Origin: Deltaproteobacteria bacterium UBA7527 | Lineage (GTDB): Bacteria > Desulfobacterota > Syntrophorhabdia > Syntrophorhabdales > Syntrophorhabdaceae | NCBI GenBank assembly: GCA_002478225.1 | Contig: DLMV01000005.1 | Coordinates: 37,596-69,595, forward strand | Direction of reading: 5' to 3' | DNA: 32,000 bases | In this document: positions 13,781 through 21,266 of the stretch, one piece after another | Numbering within the stretch: the stretch's first letter is position 1 | Layout of the letters: each line of letters opens with the position of its first letter | Position numbers and translations under genes: made by a program | Notes under the pieces: generated by a model | Told to the model about the DNA's origin: nothing | The model's input: only the letters and a program-made list of their open reading frames with translations | The model's database searches: none

Positions 13781-15361
13781 TTAGATATGTCTGAAGGCGC
13801 TCCTGACGGTCTCTTCCCTGACAGGTTTGGTCACGAGAGAAACAACAAAAAACACGATGAACGAGATCGGCAGGGCGATGATCTGAGAATCGATCATGTT
13901 CCAGGGGTGGCCTGCGAGAGAGTTCGACCTGAAGAAGAATCTGCATAGACCGAAAGCCTGCGACTCATGCTCGTGGAAAAAGAGCATCCAGAAAAGTGAA
14001 ATGAAAAAACCGCTAAGTATGCTGGCCTTCGCCGCCGCCTTTGTTCCTTTCTTCCAGTAGAGCCCGAAGAAGTATGCTGGTATGAATGTAGCTCCGCAGA
14101 GGCTGAAGAAGAATGCTGTGGCAACGGCAATGACGCTTTCCGGCAGTATTAATCCTATGAAAAGCGTTGAGAAGATGCTGAACACGATCCCGACGCGCGT
14201 TACGATCGTGATCTCCGCAATGGATTTGCCCCTGAGGAGGGCCTGCTCGAAGATGTCCCTTGAGAGCGATGTGCCGAGGGCGTGGAACTGGCTGCTGTTG
14301 GCGCTCATGGCGGCGGACATGAGGGTGACGAGGAAGAGGGCGACGAACCATTGGGGATAGAAGCGGTCGATATAAAGCGGTATGATCTTATCGATGTTCC
14401 CCTGAACGGCCGTAATCGGCAGTTCGGTGTAAACGCTGTAGAAGACCACGTTGGTCAGCGCTCCGACCGCAAAGGCAATGCCCGTGGTAAGGAGAATAAA
14501 GATCGCGGTGAAGGGGACAGACCTGTTTATTTCCCTGTCTGATTTGAGGGTCATAAAACGTACATTCAATTGAGGCTGCCCTATAACGCCCACCCCGACA
14601 CCCATTATCATCGTTGTAATGACATACCACCACAGGGGTGATGCTGCCGCCGGCATGGACGTGAATCCGCGGTGCCCCGCCTCCTTCAGATATTGCGGAA
14701 TAAAAGGTGTCAGTTTCGTGAGGGCTTCGTGGGCGCTCACGATCCCGCCTGCTGCATGATATGTGTAGATGCCGATGGCGACCATGACAACAACCATAAT
14801 AATGCCCTGGAACACCGATGTATAGAGGACGCCCTTTAAGCCGCCCCAGATGACATAACATGCAGTGATAAGGAGGAAGGCAAGATAGGCTGTTGAGAAG
14901 GGGATATTCAGGTAGACCTCAATAAAACGGGAGATGCCGATGAGGACCGCTGCCGCGTAAACAGGCATGAAGATAAGGATCACGAGGCCGGAGAATCCCT
15001 GTACGAACCTTGATCCATATCGCCTGCCGAGCAGTTCCGGAAAGGTGTGGGCATCGAGCGCCTTGCCCATCTTGCGGGTCCTCTTCCCAAAAACAACAAA
15101 GGCAATCCAGATGCCGATCATGATATTGAGAACGGTCAGCCAGGACAGGCTGAAGCCGTAAAGGGCGCTTACGCCGCCGAACCCGATGATCGCAGATGTG
15201 CTTATGTATGTAGCGCCGTAACTTAATCCCATCGTTACGGGGTGGACCTGCCTGCCGGCGAGCATATAGTCGGATACGCTTGTGGTGCGACGGTATCCGA
15301 GGTAACTTAAATAAATTGTTATAATAAGATAGATAAGGGTAAATGTTATGAGATAGAACAT
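13781..15361 (-). CDS. Sodium:solute symporter (SSS) family transporter
   Basis: 526-aa ORF that is hydrophobic throughout, with about 13 helices. It has the SSS-like segment WGGLKGVLYTSVFQG. Confidence 0.88.
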   Translation of the reverse strand: MFYLITFTLIYLIITIYLSYLGYRRTTSVSDYMLAGRQVHPVTMGLSYGATYISTSAIIGFGGVSALYGFSLSWLTVLNIMIGIWIAFVVFGKRTRKMGKALDAHTFPELLGRRYGSRFVQGFSGLVILIFMPVYAAAVLIGISRFIEVYLNIPFSTAYLAFLLITACYVIWGGLKGVLYTSVFQGIIMVVVMVAIGIYTYHAAGGIVSAHEALTKLTPFIPQYLKEAGHRGFTSMPAAASPLWWYVITTMIMGVGVGVIGQPQLNVRFMTLKSDREINRSVPFTAIFILLTTGIAFAVGALTNVVFYSVYTELPITAVQGNIDKIIPLYIDRFYPQWFVALFLVTLMSAAMSANSSQFHALGTSLSRDIFEQALLRGKSIAEITIVTRVGIVFSIFSTLFIGLILPESVIAVATAFFFSLCGATFIPAYFFGLYWKKGTKAAAKASILSGFFISLFWMLFFHEHESQAFGLCRFFFRSNSLAGHPWNMIDSQIIALPISFIVFFVVSLVTKPVREETVRSAFRHI

Positions 15362-15365
15362 GGTT

Positions 15366-15548
15366 TCAGGGAAGCTTCTCTATCAGGTCGATCTCTTCTT
15401 TTTCCCAGCGCACCTCTTCTCTGTAATCCCCATCCTTTTCACTTGATCCTTTGTGCCAGTTAATGACCCCGTAAATGATGCAGAAGAGAGCTGAGAAAAA
15501 GGCAAGGATAAACCCTGCAAAGATCCAAGCATCAGAAAATCCAAGCAT
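15366..15548 (-). CDS. Small single-TM protein, probable symporter accessory subunit
   Basis: 60-aa ORF with one TM helix (WIFAGFILAFFSALFCIIYGVI) and a charged tail. Its TGA (15366-15368) is 4 nt from the symporter ATG at 15361. Confidence 0.6.
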   Translation of the reverse strand: MLGFSDAWIFAGFILAFFSALFCIIYGVINWHKGSSEKDGDYREEVRWEKEEIDLIEKLP

Positions 15549-15556
15549 GCTATTTC

Positions 15557-15584
15557 ATTAGCACGGAGATTTTTTTATTGTCAA
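15557..15584 (-). promoter_or_regulatory. Promoter candidate for the small-ORF/symporter operon
   Basis: The minus strand reads TTGACA (15584..15579), a 16-nt spacer, then GCTAAT (15562..15557). The -10 box ends 8 nt before the ATG at 15548 and there is no SD. Confidence 0.4.
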
Positions 15585-15714
15585 GGATAATATAAATTCT
15601 GGTTGACTTTGTGGGTATTATCGGATATTTTTTATACAACTGAATAAGGCTGACTTGATGGGTTCAGAAACGTACAGCGCGTTTCTGAAGGTGCTTTGAA
15701 AAAGGATGGTCGGG

Positions 15715-15750
15715 CCGCCACCAGAAGAAAATTCGGGTGGCGGTTTTTAT
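15715..15750 (+). terminator. Orphan plus-strand rho-independent terminator
   Basis: CCGCCACCAGAA-GAAAA-TTCGGGTGGCGG forms a 12-bp stem with one mismatch, followed by TTTTTATTTT. No plus-strand gene lies upstream of it. Confidence 0.6.
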
Positions 15751-15865
15751 TTTGTTATGACCCGGCGACAAAGATGGATAAAAGAACAGCTTTGGATAGC
15801 ATGATATAGGGTATAGCAATATAATATGGGTTTTTAGTGAATCTAAAATCAAAAGGGAGGTAAAT

Positions 15866-16231
15866 ATGGCGAAACGATCAATGTATCTGTTTTTGGCGAT
15901 CATGGTGCTCCAGGCAGTGTTCTTAGCAGGGATTGGCTTCGGATTCAACGCAGCAGACCTTCAGAAATTCAACAGTACTAACAAGTGCGAAAAGTGCGAC
16001 CTGTCGAACGCGGACTTTGCTAATTTAGATATGTATGGCGCAAACCTGGCAGGCGCAAACCTGTCAGGCGCAAACCTTTCTGGTGCAAGCTTCAACGATG
16101 CAAACCTTAACGATGCAAACCTTAAAGGGGCAAACATTAAGGGGACAAATTTTGCCGGTGCGAAGCTGTCGAATACCATATGGGTTGACGGCAGGAAATG
16201 CAAATCAGGCTCAATGAGTGAATGTAAATAG
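15866..16231 (+). CDS. Secreted pentapeptide-repeat protein
   Basis: 121-aa ORF with an AAGGGAGG SD and a signal-like N-terminus (YLFLAIMVLQAVFLAGIGFG). The core is ANLAGANLSGANLSGASFNDANLNDANLKGANIKGTNFAGAKL. Confidence 0.85.
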   Translation: MAKRSMYLFLAIMVLQAVFLAGIGFGFNAADLQKFNSTNKCEKCDLSNADFANLDMYGANLAGANLSGANLSGASFNDANLNDANLKGANIKGTNFAGAKLSNTIWVDGRKCKSGSMSECK

Positions 16232-16297
16232 TCGTTTGCGCGTGATCAAAATTATTGTGTTGTAAACCTCTCCCAGAGCTTATAACGCATCTTTCAT

Positions 16298-16334
16298 AAA
16301 AAAAGGGACGCCACTCAGCAGGCGCCCCTTTTTT
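16298..16334. terminator. Bidirectional rho-independent terminator
   Basis: AAAAAAA-GGGACGCC-ACTCAGCA-GGCGCCCC-TTTTTT has 7 of 8 stem pairs. It lies between convergent genes that end at 16231 and 16354. Confidence 0.6.
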
Positions 16335-16353
16335 CTCTTATGCGGAGTTATTG

Positions 16354-17376
16354 TTAGTGTGTCTTCAGATAGTCGATGCAGAACTTCAGGGCCTCTTCGC
16401 CGGGAAGACCTTTTGCCTTCATGTTCTTGACATATTCGTCAAGGATCGGCTTCACCGCTGCTGCCCATCTGGCATCTTCTTCCTTGGAGAGGGCAATGAT
16501 CTTGTTGCCCCTCTTCTTGGTGAACTCGTAGCCTTCTTTATCGATCTCGTCCCAGGTCTGACCCTGTTTGACTATCCATTCCTTGCTCACATCTTCCATG
16601 ACCTTCTGCACATCGGGCGGCAGGGAGTTCCATTTTGCCTTGTTCATGACGACAAACATGCTTGCCGTATAGGCTGAACCGAAGTTCTGGGTCGTAGAGG
16701 AGACGACCTCGCCCCATTTCCAGCCCTGGAGGGCTTCAATGGGGGCCATTGCGCCTTCCGCAACGCCGGTACGAAGGGCGTCATAGGTCTCCGGCATAGT
16801 GGTGCCGACAGGCGCTGCACCTAAGGCCTGTACGATCTTTGCAGCGAGACCGGTTGCCCTGATCTTCTTGCCCTTCATGTCCTCGAGCTTCGCTATAGGG
16901 ATCTTTGAATGGAGAATTCCCGGACCATGCGCATGGAGGAAGAGTACCTTTACTTCATCAAGCTCTTTTGGTTGGAATTTTGCATAGAATGCATTGACAA
17001 GACCTGTTGCCTGGACGCCATTCTTATAGCCCAGCGGAAGGTCAAAGACCTCGATGAGAGGGAACTTGCCTCTCGTATAAGCGAAGACGCTCTCTCCGAT
17101 GTCAGCTATGCCTTTTACGACATTGTCATAAGTCTGTGCAGCCGGTGTCAGTGTGCCGCCTGCGAAGTAGGTGATCTTGACCTTACCTTGCGTCCTTTTT
17201 TCTACCTCTTTACACCATGCGTCAGCAAGGATGCTGTTCTTGTGCTGTGCCGGGAAGAAGTTCGAGAAGTTGAGCGTAATGACCTTCTGCTGCGCGCCGG
17301 CAAGATCCGGCATGGATATAAGGCAGATGGATACAACGAAGAACAAAAGAAAAAACTTTACCCCTGAATGTTTCAT
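16354..17376 (-). CDS. TRAP transporter substrate-binding protein, DctP type (orphan)
   Basis: It has a signal peptide and then VITLNFSNFFPAQHKNS..KVKITYFAGGTLTPAAQTYDNVVKGIADIG. I prefer the ATG at 17376, which has an AGGAGGG SD 7 nt upstream, over the TTG at 17382 used by the ORF track. Confidence 0.85.
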   Translation of the reverse strand: MKHSGVKFFLLFFVVSICLISMPDLAGAQQKVITLNFSNFFPAQHKNSILADAWCKEVEKRTQGKVKITYFAGGTLTPAAQTYDNVVKGIADIGESVFAYTRGKFPLIEVFDLPLGYKNGVQATGLVNAFYAKFQPKELDEVKVLFLHAHGPGILHSKIPIAKLEDMKGKKIRATGLAAKIVQALGAAPVGTTMPETYDALRTGVAEGAMAPIEALQGWKWGEVVSSTTQNFGSAYTASMFVVMNKAKWNSLPPDVQKVMEDVSKEWIVKQGQTWDEIDKEGYEFTKKRGNKIIALSKEEDARWAAAVKPILDEYVKNMKAKGLPGEEALKFCIDYLKTH

Positions 17377-17412
17377 ACACAACCCTCCTGGAATAATGAG
17401 ATTTTAAACACT

Positions 17413-17441
17413 TTTATAGTAAACCTAAGCCCATTTGTCAA
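17413..17441 (-). promoter_or_regulatory. Near-consensus sigma70 promoter for the DctP-type gene
   Basis: The minus strand reads TTGACA (17441..17436), the 17-nt spacer AATGGGCTTAGGTTTAC, then TATAAA (17418..17413). Confidence 0.55.
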
Positions 17442-17547
17442 CAGAATTACCAAAATATTCAAGAAAATAATATTACCATTCATCATAATGAACAACATTA
17501 TAATATAATAAAATTTTTTGATAATTCCTGCGATATCGTAAGTTTCG

Positions 17548-18258
17548 TTAGGTCAATCTTTTTAATACATCGCCAATATGCTCATTCATCAATATTGAGG
17601 CGCCCCTTGCGTCACCATCTTTAATACAGGCAGTTATCTTTTTGTGGTAATCAAGGATGACGCGGTGATCCTCCAGGCTTAAACTGATCTTCTTGAATTC
17701 GTCGTTCAGGGCCATCGCTATGGCGTCGATCACAAGGCAGAGCAGCTGATTTTTTGAGGCCATCGCCACAGCCTGGTGCCAGTCAATGTTCACGATGATC
17801 GGAACCTTGTCCGCCTTTATTGGTTTTTCTCTAAGGGCATTCAGTGCCTCTAATTGTTTAATGTCTTCTTTGGTCCTTTTTGAGGCCGCAAGAGCTGCGA
17901 TCCCAGGTTCGATGATCTCCCTTGTTTCCAGCAGTTCATGAAAACTGACCTTGTTCATCCTGATTATGTCATAGAGGGTGTCTGAGAATGAATGCATTGC
18001 CTTATCGGTCACATATGCACCGCCGAAGACGCCTGTTTTTATGACTATGAACCCAATTCGCTCCAAAGATTTCAGGGCCTCCCGCAGAGAGCCCCTGCTG
18101 ACGTTGAACATTTTCAGAAGATATTTCTCTGACGGCAGCTTTTCTCCCGGTTTGTATACCCCGTCAATAATGCTCTTCTTTATCTGATGCACAACATTGT
18201 CAGAGAGCCCTCCTCTTTTGACCGTCTTAAAAACAGATCTTATTTTGCCATTCACCAC
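17548..18258 (-). CDS. GntR-family transcriptional regulator with an FCD-type C-terminal domain
   Basis: 236-aa ORF with a GTG start and a GAGGTG SD. The winged-HTH is KLPSEKYLLKMFNVSRGSLREALKSLERIGFI. The C-terminal domain is all-helical. Confidence 0.85.
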   Translation of the reverse strand: MVNGKIRSVFKTVKRGGLSDNVVHQIKKSIIDGVYKPGEKLPSEKYLLKMFNVSRGSLREALKSLERIGFIVIKTGVFGGAYVTDKAMHSFSDTLYDIIRMNKVSFHELLETREIIEPGIAALAASKRTKEDIKQLEALNALREKPIKADKVPIIVNIDWHQAVAMASKNQLLCLVIDAIAMALNDEFKKISLSLEDHRVILDYHKKITACIKDGDARGASILMNEHIGDVLKRLT

Positions 18259-18293
18259 AATTGCACCTCAAAAAAAGGATGAGACAACAAACC

Positions 18294-18322
18294 ATGATAA
18301 CAATTTTACGTCGTCTTATCAA
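18294..18322 (-). promoter_or_regulatory. Internal promoter candidate for the GntR gene
   Basis: The minus strand reads TTGATA (18322..18317), a 17-nt spacer, then TATCAT (18299..18294). It lies in the 81-nt gap after ubiX. Confidence 0.45.
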
Positions 18323-18339
18323 GTACTTCTCTTCCCCGT

Positions 18340-18945
18340 CTAACAAGAGCGAACTATATTTAATCCTGCAATCTGCGTGTCGTCTTCAACTCCCTCCCAC
18401 CTCCGAAACAGGCGGTGGTCGATGTCGAACTGATCAAGGATCTTTCCTACCGTGTGGTCGATGATGTCCTGAATGGTCTTCGGGGCATTATAGAATGCCG
18501 GGACTGGCGGAAGGATAACGCCCCCCAGATCGGCGACCCTGCCCATCATCTCAAGATGGCCTTTGTGAAGGGGAGTTTCTCTTACCATGAGAACGAGTTT
18601 TCTCCTTTCCTTCAGGGCAACGTCTGCTGCCCTCACGATGAGATTGTCGTTGTATGAATGGGCAACGCCCGACAGTGTCTTTATCGTACATGGGACTATC
18701 GCCATTCCATCCGTCTTAAAGGACCCGCTCGATATAGGGGCCGCCATATCCTTTATGTCATGTACCCGTCCGGCAAGCTTTTCCACGGCATTGACCTCAA
18801 GATCGCTTTCTATGCATATGTTCCTCTTGGCCTGTTCAGAGAGGATCAAATGGGTTTCCACATTCAGGTCCGCCAAGACCTTAAGGAGTCGTATCCCGTA
18901 AATGACGGCTGTCGCTCCTGTAATTCCTACCACGATCCTTTTCAC
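18340..18945 (-). CDS. ubiX: UbiX-family flavin prenyltransferase (prFMN synthase)
   Basis: 201-aa ORF with a GTG start and an AGGAGG SD. It carries MKRIVVGITGATAVIYGIRLL and IVPCTIKTLSGVAHSYNDNLIVRAADVALKERRKLVLMVRETPL. Confidence 0.9.
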   Translation of the reverse strand: MKRIVVGITGATAVIYGIRLLKVLADLNVETHLILSEQAKRNICIESDLEVNAVEKLAGRVHDIKDMAAPISSGSFKTDGMAIVPCTIKTLSGVAHSYNDNLIVRAADVALKERRKLVLMVRETPLHKGHLEMMGRVADLGGVILPPVPAFYNAPKTIQDIIDHTVGKILDQFDIDHRLFRRWEGVEDDTQIAGLNIVRSC

Positions 18946-18965
18946 GGTACCTCCTGTTTCACTTT

Positions 18966-19241
18966 TTATTGTTCTTTTACCCTCCGCAACTTGATGGTAA
19001 GCAGGTTGTAGCTGTCGGGGCAGTGAACAACTGCTTCGTCTGTTCCCCAGGGGTAGCTTCCATCAAATTGCATCACCTGAAGTGTCGGGAATATGGCATG
19101 ATAGAGAAAGCCGCACATGCCCCCGGTGTTCCAGCAACTGACCTCGAACTGTTCCCCGACCTTGTGGCCTGCGTTACATTGTCCTTTCAGGCCTATGACC
19201 TCTGCCTTGATCTTTTTTCCTAAACCAGGATCTTTTGCCAT
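18966..19241 (-). CDS. Small Cys/His-rich protein resembling the TIGR04076 family (function unknown)
   Basis: 91-aa ORF with an AGGAGG SD 7 nt upstream. It has conserved-looking C..GH, SC, GMCGFLYH and HCPD positions. The family assignment is from memory of the TIGR04076 pattern. Confidence 0.55.
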   Translation of the reverse strand: MAKDPGLGKKIKAEVIGLKGQCNAGHKVGEQFEVSCWNTGGMCGFLYHAIFPTLQVMQFDGSYPWGTDEAVVHCPDSYNLLTIKLRRVKEQ

Positions 19242-19265
19242 TTGAGTACCTCCTAAGGAAATTGT

Positions 19266-21152
19266 TCAGGCGGCGGTTCCTGTTTTGTTTATCGCCACTT
19301 GTTTTGATAGAACTTTCTTACCGTAATTTATACGCAATACGGGGGCTATGCAACAGATGCCTATCAGGCTTGTGATAAGCTCAGGGTAAACAAGCAGGAT
19401 CCCGCCTGCGAAAAGCAATAACTTCTCCCAGCGCGACAATGAGGTAAACAGCCAGCTTGATACAGCCGAGGAGAGGGCAAAAACGCCAAGGGAACAGGAC
19501 GCGACCGTAATGGCGATCTTGACAATACTCCCCTCCAGCAGTATTGACTGCTCGTATATCATAACGTAGGGGATAATGAACCCTGCTACGGCATATTTGA
19601 ATCCCGCAAAGCCTATCTTCACGGGATTATCTTCCGCTATTGCTGCCGTTGCGTAAGCGGCGACCGCAACAGGCGGGGTAACGGCCGAGATGCAGGCAAA
19701 GTAGACGAGGAACAGGTGGGCGGCTATTACCGGAATGCCGAGCGTGGCTATCGCCGGGCCGCAAAGCACGGCGGTCAGTATGTACACAACGGGAAGCGGC
19801 ATGCCCATGCCCAGTATGAGCGAGGCGATCATGGTAAGAAAGAGCGCCAGGAATAAGCTTTGATGGGATATGGCGACCACTATGCTGGCAAATTTGCCGC
19901 CCAGCCCCGTCAGGACGATCGCGCCGACGACTATGCCAGCAGACGCACAGGACGTTGCAACCGATATAGATGTCTTGGCGGTTGACTCCAGTGCGCGGAC
20001 AAGGCTGTCCAGGTTCATGCGGGTCGCCCTCCTGAAAAAGCTTGCGAGAAAGATCAAAAAGGAAGCGACAACGGCACACATGGCGGGCGCATATCCCATG
20101 ATCAGGAGTATAATGAGGACGGCGATCGGGCCCATGTACTGCAAGCTTATTGGGATCGTTTTAATGAAGCTCGGCAGCTCATCCTTCCGGAACCCTACGA
20201 TGCCTGTCTTGGACGCTTCAAAATAAACGATGAGAGAGCATGAAAAAAAATAGAGTATTGCAGGAAAGATGGCGGCCTTGCATATATCTATATATCGGGT
20301 CCCGGTCATCTCGGACATAAGGAAGGCTGCTGTTCCCATGACCGGGGGCATTAAGGCAGCTCCGGTGCACGATACGGCGGTGATCGCGCCGGAAAATATG
20401 GACGTAAACCCTGTCTTTTTCATCATGGGGATGCTGAAGGAGCCGACCGTTACCGCGCTTGCTGTCGGGCTGCCCGTCATCGTGCCGAAGAGAGCGGCTG
20501 AAAAATTTCCGATGTGCCCCGCAGCGCCTCTCAGGCGCCCCATCAATGACATTGATATATCAACGAAGAACTTCGCGGCGCCTGAGGCTTCGAGAAAAGC
20601 CCCGAAGAGCACAAACTGGATAACGAGTGTTGCCACGACCGCTATGGGAGTGCCGTGTATGCCGTCGAGCGTCAGGTACATCGATTCGATGACATCGCGG
20701 CCCGAGAACCCGCTGTGGCTGAACATACCGGGCAGGTAATTTCCAGAGTAGCAATATGCGAGAAAGAATACCGCGATGTAGACAAGGGGCATCCCGATCG
20801 TCCTGCGCGTTGATTCCAATACCAGTAAGATCGCCAGGGTGCCAAGTCCGTACTCGATTGTCGTCAACTCTCCCACCATTGTGGGACGCTCAGATATTAC
20901 CTGGTAATTAGCGACGACATAGAATCCGACGACCAGCGACAAAAGCGCCAGGACGGCATCGAATATGGTGATCCTCTTCCCTTTCCCTTTGAATGGGACA
21001 TAAAGGAAAGCGATGCACATGAACAGTGAAAGCGTAATTGCGTAATTTGCGAGGGGCCTGGTGAGGCCAAAGAAGCCAATGTACACATGGTACAGGGTAG
21101 CGAGAATCGCAATGGTCTTCGCCACCTTCTTCATAACCAAGTCAAATCTCAT
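19266..21152 (-). CDS. TRAP transporter fused permease (4TM/12TM type associated with TAXI receptors)
   Basis: 628-aa highly hydrophobic ORF with a GGAGG SD. It lies directly downstream of a TAXI-type binding protein. Confidence 0.85.
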   Translation of the reverse strand: MRFDLVMKKVAKTIAILATLYHVYIGFFGLTRPLANYAITLSLFMCIAFLYVPFKGKGKRITIFDAVLALLSLVVGFYVVANYQVISERPTMVGELTTIEYGLGTLAILLVLESTRRTIGMPLVYIAVFFLAYCYSGNYLPGMFSHSGFSGRDVIESMYLTLDGIHGTPIAVVATLVIQFVLFGAFLEASGAAKFFVDISMSLMGRLRGAAGHIGNFSAALFGTMTGSPTASAVTVGSFSIPMMKKTGFTSIFSGAITAVSCTGAALMPPVMGTAAFLMSEMTGTRYIDICKAAIFPAILYFFSCSLIVYFEASKTGIVGFRKDELPSFIKTIPISLQYMGPIAVLIILLIMGYAPAMCAVVASFLIFLASFFRRATRMNLDSLVRALESTAKTSISVATSCASAGIVVGAIVLTGLGGKFASIVVAISHQSLFLALFLTMIASLILGMGMPLPVVYILTAVLCGPAIATLGIPVIAAHLFLVYFACISAVTPPVAVAAYATAAIAEDNPVKIGFAGFKYAVAGFIIPYVMIYEQSILLEGSIVKIAITVASCSLGVFALSSAVSSWLFTSLSRWEKLLLFAGGILLVYPELITSLIGICCIAPVLRINYGKKVLSKQVAINKTGTAA

Positions 21153-21266
21153 TATCCGCCTCCATTAAGGCTAATCCTTAAAACAGACCTTGTCTTTCAT
21201 CAGCGGGCAGGCCCCGGGACGATGCCTCTTGGAGGTGCATAGCCCCGGGAGCCATGTATCATCCAG

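Noticed and set aside
15664-15948. 94-aa minus-strand ORF in the symporter/pentapeptide intergenic region
   Set aside because: It overlaps the start of the well-supported pentapeptide gene on the other strand, has no SD, and spans the hairpin and terminator structures. It is probably spurious.
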